Of a stretch of 64,000 nucleotides of DNA, positions 26,771 to 35,643 are shown in pieces. The notes under the pieces were generated by a model. It was not told the DNA's origin. It made no database searches and was given only the letters and a program-made list of their open reading frames with translations. The position numbers and the translations under genes were made by a program. The stretch is from Candidatus Nomurabacteria bacterium (GTDB taxonomy: Bacteria; Patescibacteriota; Minisyncoccia; Phycocordibacterales; UBA5272), in contig JBEIQD010000002.1 in the NCBI GenBank assembly GCA_040376695.1, positions 114,436 to 178,435 on the forward strand, in the 5' to 3' direction. Each line of letters opens with the position of its first letter. Position 1 is the stretch's first letter.

Positions 26771-29353
26771 CTATTTATAATTAAACTTTTCCTTAAGATC
26801 TTTATAGTCCTGAACAAGACCTGCATAGGTTGGCTCGGGCTCTTCATCCGTCTGATTGTGTCTATTACCTTTTCTGCTGGTCTTATCAAAAAGATCATTC
26901 AGTTCTTTTACTTTATCTTTAGGCATTTCTGGAAGCAACGACAAACTAGACATCCTTAGATTAGCTCTATATCTACTGACGATACCCGCAAACATGATCT
27001 TTTCGACGTAGTCCTCAAGATAGTTACTCATTAGGTCATAAACAACTCCCAAATCTACACGTGAACGTTTAGGCGCTTTCTCTAGAATTTTCATTCTTTC
27101 ATCCATCTCTTCAATCTTTAGCTTTAGAGTACTAGCTGTGTCTAGTTTGGTAGATTCTAAAATTACTAATCCATCCATCTTTTTGAGATGAACCACTTTT
27201 TTAGTCTCATATTCCAACGAGTTTAGAAAATAGAGATTGTGGGTAAACACAATTACTTGATTATTTTCAGCAAGCTTCAGTATTCGCTTAGCAACATTCG
27301 TTATATTATCCTCGTCTAGACTGTTTACTGGATCATCAAAAATGTAGATACCCTCGTATTTGTTTACTTCACACTGCGCAAAGAAGTCCGCGAGCGAGTG
27401 GAGTTTCCTTTCTCCTTCGCTAAAAATATCACCTATTCTTTTATCGTCTAAACTGTAAGTTCTCTTATTCACGCCGTCTCTAGTTGTGGGCTTTATGCTC
27501 CAATATGGAGGAACAGTAAACTTTAAGCGTTTATATTCCTCAGAAAGACAGGTTTCGAATTCCTTTAATCCTGCGACTTTAGAAAACTCAGACTCTGCAC
27601 GACTTATAGATTGCTTAAGAACATATACCGCTTCGCGCTTTGCTTGTAGTTTCTCTCTTTCTTTTTTACTAGCTAAATACGAGATGATTGTTTTCTTGTT
27701 TTTCTCAATAATCGCCTCTTCTTCTAGAGGTAAAGCTTCTGCTGTCAAACTACGAACTGACTCAACTTTGTCAGTTGTTAGTTTCTCTAGTTTAGCTATC
27801 TCAACCCCAAAAGCTTCACATACAGATTCGTACTCTTTATAAAAAGTTTTTAATTTATCTATTTCCTCATCAGTCAAGCTAATAGCGGAGAAGTCCTTTA
27901 ACCCTTTTTCAATCTTTTTATAAATTCCCACTATCTCTTCAAGATTAGGAATAAGAGGTTCAGTCTTTTGTATATGACTAAACTCTGCTTCAATAGTCTC
28001 ATTGGTGCTTGCTAAGTCCTCTATCATTCTTATCTCTCTAGAAACATCCCCAGCTAGTTCGTTTATCTGACCTCTTTCTCTTCTTAGTTTACTTTCATGA
28101 TCGGAGGCTATTTCCCCGTAGGCTTTGATGAGGCTTTTCGATTCTGGAGTTGCTAAATGTTGCTGGCAATATAGGCAAGTTTCTGAAGCATATTCATGTT
28201 GAGAATCATGATCAAGTGTTTTAGTGAATTCTATACTCTTCTGAACGAAATCATTCCAAAGATCATCTTCTATCCACCCGCCTGCGACTAGTTGAGCTAT
28301 TTTGCCTCTTCCGTTTTCTTCAAATGCTTTCTTTGCAAGATTGAAATTCTCGATCCTGTCGCTGAAACTTTTTATCTTCTCCTTGTCGTATCGAAGCACC
28401 CATTCTCCCTCGTCATTCTCATCAGCAATACTTTTTAAGACATCTACAGCTTCTCTACTGGCAGTACGAATATTTTTTAAAGTCTCTTGTGGGTTATCTT
28501 TATTTAAAGTCTCAAGAGTCTTTTTTAGACTTGCCAGATGTTTCTTTTTCTTTGCGTCAAAATTAATAGTAGCAAGCTTAGCTTCAATATCTTCTTCAGA
28601 CAAATCAAGAAGGTCTGAAACATCTTCCTCTAAGATTGCTTCTGCGGAAGTAATTGAGGAATCTGTATCATCAATAGCCCTGTCTAGCACTTCTTCAACT
28701 CTTTCATAAAGATCTCTTAAGTAAGAAAAATACTCAAGCTTAAGGTGTGCAATTTTAAAAGCATTAGTTTGATCAGATTCAACTAAAATTTGAGATATAC
28801 CCCCGTCGAATATCTTAATAGGAAAACTCTTTGAGACTTCACCAGTTTTCCAGTTTAGAGTTTTACTAGCCCCGTCGAGTCCTTCGTAAACTAATGAGCA
28901 TTCTGAATTCTTAATCGCAGAAGCAAGATTGGGATACACTTGCTTGTTTATTCCGAAGAGTTTGCAAAGAGCAAGATATACGGAACTTTTACCCGCTCCA
29001 TTCTTTCCATAAAACACATTTAATCCCTTATCTAGAGCTATAGGCTCCTTTATATCCAGCAATCCGACATTTAGTATCTTAGAGATTTCTTTTATCGCCT
29101 TAGCTTCTGACCCAGACTCTGCCAACGTAACAACCTCAGTCTTCTTTGAAGAACCAGTTTTTGCCTTCTTTGGAGACCTCTTAAGCTCCAATGCAACTGT
29201 AGAAATTTCTTCATCATCAAGACAATCACTTAAAACAGACTCAACCAGAGGTTGAATCCATGCATATTTTTTATCAACACAAACAGAACTAGCCTTTATG
29301 TGGCTAATTGCGTCAGGAAGAATGATTGCGTCTTTGTCTCCTTCTGGTGGCAT
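26771..29353 (-). CDS. RloC-like anticodon-nuclease-type defence protein (ABC-ATPase with coiled-coil/CxxC hook and C-terminal HEPN-like domain)
   Basis: 860 aa with Walker A GKNGAGKSS, an ABC signature-like FSEGERK, Walker B IYIFDDPVNSLD and H-loop FTHN. The ATPase halves are split by a ~500-aa predicted coiled coil containing ETCLYCQQH (CxxC). The C-terminal ~150 aa carry RKGNRH (Rx4H). Confidence 0.55.
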   Translation of the reverse strand: MPPEGDKDAIILPDAISHIKASSVCVDKKYAWIQPLVESVLSDCLDDEEISTVALELKRSPKKAKTGSSKKTEVVTLAESGSEAKAIKEISKILNVGLLDIKEPIALDKGLNVFYGKNGAGKSSVYLALCKLFGINKQVYPNLASAIKNSECSLVYEGLDGASKTLNWKTGEVSKSFPIKIFDGGISQILVESDQTNAFKIAHLKLEYFSYLRDLYERVEEVLDRAIDDTDSSITSAEAILEEDVSDLLDLSEEDIEAKLATINFDAKKKKHLASLKKTLETLNKDNPQETLKNIRTASREAVDVLKSIADENDEGEWVLRYDKEKIKSFSDRIENFNLAKKAFEENGRGKIAQLVAGGWIEDDLWNDFVQKSIEFTKTLDHDSQHEYASETCLYCQQHLATPESKSLIKAYGEIASDHESKLRRERGQINELAGDVSREIRMIEDLASTNETIEAEFSHIQKTEPLIPNLEEIVGIYKKIEKGLKDFSAISLTDEEIDKLKTFYKEYESVCEAFGVEIAKLEKLTTDKVESVRSLTAEALPLEEEAIIEKNKKTIISYLASKKEREKLQAKREAVYVLKQSISRAESEFSKVAGLKEFETCLSEEYKRLKFTVPPYWSIKPTTRDGVNKRTYSLDDKRIGDIFSEGERKLHSLADFFAQCEVNKYEGIYIFDDPVNSLDEDNITNVAKRILKLAENNQVIVFTHNLYFLNSLEYETKKVVHLKKMDGLVILESTKLDTASTLKLKIEEMDERMKILEKAPKRSRVDLGVVYDLMSNYLEDYVEKIMFAGIVSRYRANLRMSSLSLLPEMPKDKVKELNDLFDKTSRKGNRHNQTDEEPEPTYAGLVQDYKDLKEKFNYK

Positions 29354-29397
29354 TGGCTAAAGTATATGCCTTTTCAGATTGTATAGATACTACCAAT

Positions 29398-29820
29398 TTA
29401 AGACTCTTTTTTGAGCTCAGCGATCTCGTTAATCATATATTTTTCTGTCTCAGTAACTGTGACCGTACCCGCTTCAATTTGCCAAGCTTGAGAGATGATA
29501 GTCTCATTTGTAAAAAGGTTCTTAACCGACCAAGCCTTATGCGCGATTTGTGATTTATTGTCATACATAAAAACCTTCTCCAAAGAAAGACAAGCCTTCT
29601 TTGCAGGACTAAAGAAAACTTCGAAATCAACAGATGAAATACTCTCATTGTTTATTTCACTCTTCTCTTGCTTCTTTAGGTCTGGTAAAAAAGTGGCACA
29701 TTTCATATCCATAGCAAGCCCGTCATCTTTTTTACTCTCCTTTTCTAGAAAAAACGAATAACCCAATACAACGTTAAGGAGAACAGAAGCACACAAGAAG
29801 AATGTTATGTTTCGATTCAT
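29398..29820 (-). CDS. hypothetical N-terminally membrane-anchored protein (~140 aa)
   Basis: The start was chosen at MNRNITFFLCASVLLNVVLGYSFFL (TM helix). It lies immediately upstream of, and co-oriented with, the RloC-like gene. Confidence 0.35.
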   Translation of the reverse strand: MNRNITFFLCASVLLNVVLGYSFFLEKESKKDDGLAMDMKCATFLPDLKKQEKSEINNESISSVDFEVFFSPAKKACLSLEKVFMYDNKSQIAHKAWSVKNLFTNETIISQAWQIEAGTVTVTETEKYMINEIAELKKES

Positions 29821-30322
29821 GATATGTAAAAGATCTGGTGGGCAAACAAAAAGCCCATTACCAGTTATGGTCGTAAGACCAACATGTGCCTTTCGACACA
29901 CGACACTCAGCATGCCCACTGATAATGGGTTCTTTATTGCTGAGTGATTTTTAAAACCATACCTTAATGTTTCCACTAAGGGTTAGGTCAGAATTACACG
30001 TTATTAAGTTGTAGTAACAAGGTTATTATAGCATTTATCAATTCCTGTCACTGCTGTTACACCAAAAGTGCTATCACAGGGCAATATACGTGTTATCACG
30101 GGAGAAAGTAGGCGCACATTAATAAGCTAAGCCCTTGAAAAATAAAGAGAAGATCAGTGAAATAGTATAAAAAGAATTACTTTTACTCTCTATGGGTCTA
30201 TTTTAAGGCTTATAGAGGGTGGGGTGGGTGGTTCCCCTTTCGTTTAGAGCTTAATTATTAGGTACCCATCGGAAACGCTATGCAATTTTTAATTTATGTA
30301 TAACAAAATCTGAAAAGTCGCT

Positions 30323-30352
30323 TGCAATTTTTTCGATTTCGTGGTACAATAT
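30323..30352 (+). promoter_or_regulatory. near-consensus sigma70-type promoter
   Basis: TTGCAA, a 17-nt spacer, an extended -10 TGG, then TACAAT. Confidence 0.55.
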
Positions 30353-30615
30353 GTCTTATCTTCCCCTGAGGGAAAGATTTTACAAAAGAATTCTCGTTTA
30401 TAGAAGGTTCCTAAATAAACGACGACATTATTTTTGATCAAAATCCACTTCGACGCATTTATATCAATGGGCATACGATAGACATTCCGTCTTACTCGAT
30501 TTGAAACAAATCTTAATTACGAGATTCTAGATTAACAATAGGAGAAATCTGCACTTTTATTCCCTTTATGAATAAATTGGTGCTTTTTACATCTCCAACA
30601 CTAGATTAATAACAA

Positions 30616-30921
30616 TTGGACATAGAACACACTACTCTCCGCTTAAGGAGCGAAGAAAATGCAGGACTAGGAAGAATCTTTAGAGAGTTAAGAAAAATAC
30701 AAAGACTTGAAGTCCTTGGAGACATAATTCTCTACAAAACTATTATTAACACTCTTTCACTAAACGGCTATGAGGTATCAGAAAGATCTATTACAAGGCA
30801 CTTTGTAAATATTGATCTAGATGACTACAACCCAGAAGATCGTCGAGAAATTATAAAAGACCTCAAAGGAGGTTCCAAGAAAATTTACGAACAAGCAAGG
30901 AGAGGTCATAAACGACCCTAA
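30616..30921 (+). CDS. hypothetical small protein with possible HTH (element regulator/excisionase candidate)
   Basis: 101 aa. LSLNGYEVSERSITRHF is HTH-like. The C-terminus is basic. Confidence 0.35.
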   Translation: MDIEHTTLRLRSEENAGLGRIFRELRKIQRLEVLGDIILYKTIINTLSLNGYEVSERSITRHFVNIDLDDYNPEDRREIIKDLKGGSKKIYEQARRGHKRP

Positions 30922-30971
30922 AATCCTCTACAAACGACGAGGACTGCCTTTGCCGACCTAATTACTAAAGC

Positions 30972-31151
30972 ATGTTTTTATCATCTAAAAACGTCTCCGA
31001 CTTTCAGGAGATTTACAAAGAAACTTTTAACGAAGAAATTTCAACAGAAGAAGCAATTGAACAAGGGGCAAAACTTATAGAGCTCATAAGAGCTGTGTAC
31101 AGACCCATCACTAAAGAAAATTACGAAAAATACAAAATAACTCATGGATAA
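30972..31151 (+). CDS. small ORF (59 aa) translationally coupled to the downstream replication gene
   Basis: MFLSSKNVSDFQEIYKETFNEEISTEEAIEQGAKLIELIRAVYRPITKENYEKYKITHG. Its stop overlaps the next start (ATGGATAA). Confidence 0.2.
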   Translation: MFLSSKNVSDFQEIYKETFNEEISTEEAIEQGAKLIELIRAVYRPITKENYEKYKITHG

Positions 31152-32430
31152 ATACAATCAACTTACAACAGAAGAACTGGCGGATATTCTCTCGCTAACA
31201 ATAAAGGAGGATAAGGAAAATAAAGTGGCGACTTTCCTTTGCCAACTATCGGCATTCACTGAGGACTCTCAGTTCAATGTTTTATTTAACGCCCCTTCGT
31301 CATCAGGTAAATCTTATATACCTTTAGAGATAGCAAATCTATTTCCACAGGAAGACGTTCTGAAAATTGGGAACTGCTCTCCGACCGCTTTCTTTCATGA
31401 GCAAGGAGAGTACGATAAGGCAACAAATACAACTATGGTAAATCTAGAAAGAAAAATTCTCATATTTCTAGATATGCCACACACTCAGCTTTTAGAGAAA
31501 TTGCGTTCCCTTTTATCTCATGATGAAAAGGAAATGGTTTCAAAAATTACAGACAAAAGCGAAAAAGGTGGACACAGAACAAAGACAGTAATTCTAAGAG
31601 GTTATCCTTCTGTGATTTTCTGCTCAGCAGGATTCAATATTGACGAACAAGAGTCAACGCGATTTCTACTTCTTAGTCCAGAATCTACACATGAGAAGAT
31701 ACAACAAGCTATTGATCAAACAATTAGACGGGCTTCAAACTTAGAAAGCTACGAAGAGTGGCTCAATGCCGACCCAAGAAGGCAACTACTCCGAGAAAGA
31801 ATTGTAGATATTAAAAGGTCTCTCGTGGGAGATATACAAATATCTTCTGAGGGGCTTGTTAAAGAACTATTCATGCAAAATAAGAAAAGCTTGAAGGCAA
31901 GAGATCAGAGAGACATCAAAAGATTTGTCGCTTTAATTAAATCTTTTGCTTTGTTAAATCACTGGTGGAGAAAACAAACTAAGACTGGCATAATTGCCAA
32001 TGAAAATGATATCAGACAGGCATACGAGATATGGAAGAAGATTTCAGTATCACAGGAGTTTAATTTAGCTCCTTATGTCTACGATCTTTACAAAGATATT
32101 ATTATTCCTCTTTGGAAAGAAAAGAAGGTCGAGGTCATGAGTGACGAATTTAATCTTGATAAGCGTTATGGTATCTCTAGGTATGAAATACTACAGCGTC
32201 ATTACGACTTACACAAAAGAATGCTGGACGGATATAAGCTACGAACAGAAATATTAAGGGTGTTAGAAATAGCAGGTCTCATAACTCAAGAGCAAGATGT
32301 AAATGATAAAAGAAAATATCTAGTTTTCCCTTCAGTTGAAATTGAAGAAGAGTATAGTGTGGAGGAAGGTGGGGTGGCTAGCATTGTGAACACAAAATAC
32401 ATGCCCGTGTTTGCTGAAAATAATGCTTAG
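31144..32430 (+). CDS. SF3-helicase-like replication protein (phage/plasmid primase C-terminal-type P-loop NTPase)
   Basis: Walker A NAPSSSGKSY, Walker B ILIFLDMPH, and motif C VIFCSAGFN. 428 aa. Confidence 0.45.
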   Translation: MDKYNQLTTEELADILSLTIKEDKENKVATFLCQLSAFTEDSQFNVLFNAPSSSGKSYIPLEIANLFPQEDVLKIGNCSPTAFFHEQGEYDKATNTTMVNLERKILIFLDMPHTQLLEKLRSLLSHDEKEMVSKITDKSEKGGHRTKTVILRGYPSVIFCSAGFNIDEQESTRFLLLSPESTHEKIQQAIDQTIRRASNLESYEEWLNADPRRQLLRERIVDIKRSLVGDIQISSEGLVKELFMQNKKSLKARDQRDIKRFVALIKSFALLNHWWRKQTKTGIIANENDIRQAYEIWKKISVSQEFNLAPYVYDLYKDIIIPLWKEKKVEVMSDEFNLDKRYGISRYEILQRHYDLHKRMLDGYKLRTEILRVLEIAGLITQEQDVNDKRKYLVFPSVEIEEEYSVEEGGVASIVNTKYMPVFAENNA

Positions 32431-32553
32431 GTATATTATAAATATGCGAAACCATAAGATTAACCTTGATATTTGTAGCCAAAGATGGGGTAACAGTACT
32501 TGTGGTTTCGCGATTACAAGTATCATGCTGTTGCCCCTTTTTTGGTACAAGAT

Positions 32554-34176
32554 ATGAAAAAATTAAATAACGAAATTGAGTATTTTCTATATGCTCGCAA
32601 ATCATCAGAAAGTGATGATAGGCAAGTTCAATCTATAGATGATCAGATAGATAGACTAAAAGAATACGCTTCGCGTGTTGGTATTAAAATTAAAAAAGTC
32701 TTTATAGAAGCAAAGTCTGCTAAATTGCCAGGCAATAGACCAGTGTTCGCTGAAATGATGGAAGGAATAAAAGCAGGTAAGGCTCAAGGCATTCTGTGTT
32801 GGCAGATTAATCGTCTATCTCGTAATCCTGTAGATGGAGGAATGATTAGCTGGATGCTTCAACAAGGAATAATAAAATCTATCCAAACAACGGAAAGAGA
32901 ATACAAACCTGAAGATAACACTTTACTTTTAAGTGTTGAAACTGGTATGGCGAATCAGTTTATTATTGATCTAAAGAAAAATGTTCGGCGAGGAATGGAC
33001 GGCAAGGCGCAAAGAGGAGAGTATCCTACAAAGCCCCCTCTTGGTTATAAGAATGATCGTCTTAACAAGACGATTGTTAGTGATGAGGAAAGATTGCCAA
33101 TGATTAAGAAAATGTGGGACATGCTTCTTTCTGGAAACTACAGACCTCCAATGATAGTAAAGATAGTAAACGAAGAGTGGGGATTTAGAACTCCAAGAAC
33201 TCCCAAAGGAGGAGATAAGGAAATATCTAAATCTACCATCTACAAATTATTCAACAACATATTCTATGCTGGAGTATTTGAATGGCATGGAGAAATTCTG
33301 CAAGGTAATCATAGGGCAATCATCACACTAGATGAGTATGATAAAGCTCAGAGAATTTTAGGTAAAAAAGGTAAGCCACGATTCTCTAAACATGAACATG
33401 CATACACTGGCGAAATTCAGTGTGAAGAGTGCGGTTGTTTGCACACTGCAAGTTTGAAGTCTAAAGTGCTATCTAATGGGGAATCAAAATCTTACGGTTA
33501 TTACTACTGCACGAGAAGAAAGAAGAATCTAAATTGTAGCCAAACGGGAAAACTAACAACTCAGGAATTGGAAAATCAGATAGACGCGGAACTGAAAAAG
33601 TGTCAGATACACCCTAGATTTCTACAGTGGGCTCTAGACTATCTACAAGAAAGGAAGGAAGTTGATTTTGAAAACAAATCTACTATACGCGAACAACAGG
33701 AAGCAACATATAACAAGATTCAGGGTGAGTTAAGCAATCTCTCAAAAATGCTTTATAAGGAACTCATAAGTGAAGAGGAGTTCCTAAGTATGCGAGATGA
33801 TTTACGTTCACAATCTGCAAAAGTAAAATCAGCTCTAGATAATACCGAGAATGAATCCGCCAAATGGCTTGAGCTTACTCAAGAGTTTTTCCAATTCTCT
33901 GCCTACGCACGAGACCGCTTTAACGATCCTGAAGCAACAGCTCAAGAAAAGAAAGCTATTTTCCGTGCTTTAGGTTGGAACTTTAGCATAAAAGATAAAG
34001 TACTCCGTATTTCTAAGCACAAATGGATAGAAACTGTAGAAAACGAGTATCCATCTCTAGAAAAGAGAATCACTGCGTTAGAACTGGATAAAAACCTTGC
34101 TGTTACTGAACGAACCAAGCAAATTAGCATGATTCGTCTCGATTGGTGTGCCTATCGAGATTCGAACTCGAACTGA
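32554..34176 (+). CDS. large serine recombinase (integrase)
   Basis: N-terminal resolvase-type catalytic domain (YARKSSESDDRQ...CWQINRLSRN), a recombinase domain, and a Cys-rich zinc ribbon (CEECGC...CTRRKKNLNC). The last 33 nt overlap tRNA-His antisense. Confidence 0.85.
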   Translation: MKKLNNEIEYFLYARKSSESDDRQVQSIDDQIDRLKEYASRVGIKIKKVFIEAKSAKLPGNRPVFAEMMEGIKAGKAQGILCWQINRLSRNPVDGGMISWMLQQGIIKSIQTTEREYKPEDNTLLLSVETGMANQFIIDLKKNVRRGMDGKAQRGEYPTKPPLGYKNDRLNKTIVSDEERLPMIKKMWDMLLSGNYRPPMIVKIVNEEWGFRTPRTPKGGDKEISKSTIYKLFNNIFYAGVFEWHGEILQGNHRAIITLDEYDKAQRILGKKGKPRFSKHEHAYTGEIQCEECGCLHTASLKSKVLSNGESKSYGYYYCTRRKKNLNCSQTGKLTTQELENQIDAELKKCQIHPRFLQWALDYLQERKEVDFENKSTIREQQEATYNKIQGELSNLSKMLYKELISEEEFLSMRDDLRSQSAKVKSALDNTENESAKWLELTQEFFQFSAYARDRFNDPEATAQEKKAIFRALGWNFSIKDKVLRISKHKWIETVENEYPSLEKRITALELDKNLAVTERTKQISMIRLDWCAYRDSNSN

Positions 34177-34219
34177 GGGCTCCACAAGCCCGCGTGCTAA
34201 CCATTACACTATAGGCACC
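34144..34219 (-). tRNA. tRNA-His (anticodon GTG) with encoded G-1 and CCA
   Basis: Manual fold: 7-bp acceptor GTGCCTA/TAGGCAC preceded by G-1. D-loop AATGGTTA. Anticodon loop TTGTGGA. T-loop TTCGAAT. A73-CCA. One C-U mismatch at 27-43. Confidence 0.75.
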
Positions 34220-34356
34220 ATCTGCAACATTCCGCTGGGAATGAGGGTTTTACTCTAACACATTTTCCTGCTTTTTTGAAGAGTGCGCTTTTCTTTGGAA
34301 GTGCTAGAGTTATCTTTGTATCGTTCATTACAACAGCAACAACCCAGGAGACAATC

Positions 34357-34881
34357 ATGATGAAACGCTTTATTTTCCTTGTGGTTTTGGCATTTTCCCC
34401 GTTTTACAGTTTTGCTGACAGCTACGACCGTTACGACGGTTGGTCAGGAACCTTATACGGGTTCAGTCACCACGCAACCCAAAACCAGAAAAACCCCTAC
34501 GAGGAATTCAATCCGGGTATCGGCATCCGCAAACATTTTGGTGAATGCTTCTGGAGAAGCGCCAACTGTTTCGCAGAATTGGGCTACATCCACAGAAATA
34601 GCTTAGGGGGAAAGGTGAAGATGGCTTCCGTAGGGAGCAAGTGGACGCTGTTTACAGTTGACAACTATCGGTTTCACGTTGGTGGAACCATCACCTATAT
34701 CGAATACGGGAACCCTTTTAGCAAAAAGACTCTCCACGGATTTGCCCCAATTCCATTGATTGGCGTTGGGAAAAATTCCTGGGACTTCGATGTGTCGATC
34801 CTTTCCAAAAAACCTCTCTCGGCATTAACCGGGAAGGACGAAAAAGCTGTATTCTTGTTGTCTTTTGTACACAGGTTCTGA
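34357..34881 (+). CDS. outer-membrane beta-barrel-like secreted protein (PagL/OmpW-like), GC-rich
   Basis: Signal peptide MMKRFIFLVVLAFSPFYSFA after an AGGAG RBS. Alternating hydrophobic beta pattern. C-terminal ...FVHRF (aromatic-x-Phe OMP signature). GC is ~50%. Confidence 0.45.
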   Translation: MMKRFIFLVVLAFSPFYSFADSYDRYDGWSGTLYGFSHHATQNQKNPYEEFNPGIGIRKHFGECFWRSANCFAELGYIHRNSLGGKVKMASVGSKWTLFTVDNYRFHVGGTITYIEYGNPFSKKTLHGFAPIPLIGVGKNSWDFDVSILSKKPLSALTGKDEKAVFLLSFVHRF

Positions 34882-34897
34882 AGCAAGAACCTCCAAT

Positions 34898-34937
34898 TAA
34901 AACCCCACACCGTGTTAGTGTGGGGTTTTGCTTTTTT
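34898..34937 (+). terminator. rho-independent terminator
   Basis: aaaaccccacaccgtgttagtgtggggttttgctttttt. Confidence 0.75.
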
Positions 34938-34968
34938 AATTTAAAACAACAATCTAGATTCTTACTAC

Positions 34969-35001
34969 AAAAAACTACAAGAATTATTCTTGTAGTTTTT
35001 T
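34969..35001. terminator. bidirectional hairpin terminator downstream of tRNA-Leu
   Basis: aaaaaactacaagaattattcttgtagtttttt. Confidence 0.65.
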
Positions 35002-35004
35002 ATA

Positions 35005-35091
35005 TGGTGCCCAGGAGAGGACTTGAACCTCCATGCCGTTGCCAGCGCTACCACCTCAAGGTAGTGCGTCTACCAGTTTCGCCACCTGGGC
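35005..35091 (-). tRNA. tRNA-Leu (anticodon GAG), long variable arm, CCA encoded
   Basis: Acceptor GCCCAGG/CCTGGGC. Anticodon stem CTACC/GGTAG with loop TTGAGGT. Extra arm. T-loop TTCAAGT. Confidence 0.85.
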
Positions 35092-35180
35092 ATATTTAAA
35101 ATGTCTCTTCTTTAGAAGTATTGAAATACTACCACAGAATACAGTAAAACAAAAACCCGCACGAATGCGGGTTTTTGTTT

Positions 35181-35606
35181 TTATGCTGTTACTTCTTCTG
35201 GAGTTTCAACTACTGTTTCTACTGTAGTTACACCATCTTTCTTAACAACACGAACATCTTTCTTAAGCTTACGACGTACATCACGTAGCGCCTTATCACG
35301 CACATAGTAAAGCTTACTTCGGCGTGTATGTGAGTGGCGAACCACTTCGATCTTATCGATCATAACTGAGAAAAGTGGGAATACACGTTCAACTCCAACA
35401 CCTGAGGCAACTCGACGAACAGTAAATGTCGCACCGATTTCAGTTCCATGCTTACGAGCAAGTACCATTCCTTCAAAGGCCTGAAGACGAGTCTTTCCGT
35501 CTGCTTCTTTAATCTTATTCCAAACTCGAACAACATCTCCTGAAGCAAATTCGATTGCTTTTCGTGATTCAATGTCGACTGGTGTTAATATAATCGTCGT
35601 TTTCAT
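35181..35606 (-). CDS. rplS: 50S ribosomal protein L19
   Basis: 141 aa: FASGDVVRVWNKIKE...FTVRRVASGVGVERVFPL. Confidence 0.9.
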   Translation of the reverse strand: MKTTIILTPVDIESRKAIEFASGDVVRVWNKIKEADGKTRLQAFEGMVLARKHGTEIGATFTVRRVASGVGVERVFPLFSVMIDKIEVVRHSHTRRSKLYYVRDKALRDVRRKLKKDVRVVKKDGVTTVETVVETPEEVTA

Positions 35607-35643
35607 ACGTGGTTTTATGTTCGGCTATGATATCACAAAAAAA

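Larger units (their letters stand above)
26719..34219. mobile_element. putative integrative element inserted at the 3' end of tRNA-His; left boundary uncertain (alternatively ~30.0 kb)
   Basis: At the tRNA-proximal end are a large serine recombinase overlapping the tRNA, an SF3-helicase-like protein, small HTH and other ORFs, and a strong promoter. Distally are an RloC-like defence gene and a small membrane protein. A degenerate copy of the tRNA-His 3' end may sit at 26719-26747. Confidence 0.4.

Noticed and set aside
30289-30474. 61-aa minus-strand ORF
   Set aside because: Overlaps the strong plus-strand promoter and leader. AT-rich random frame.
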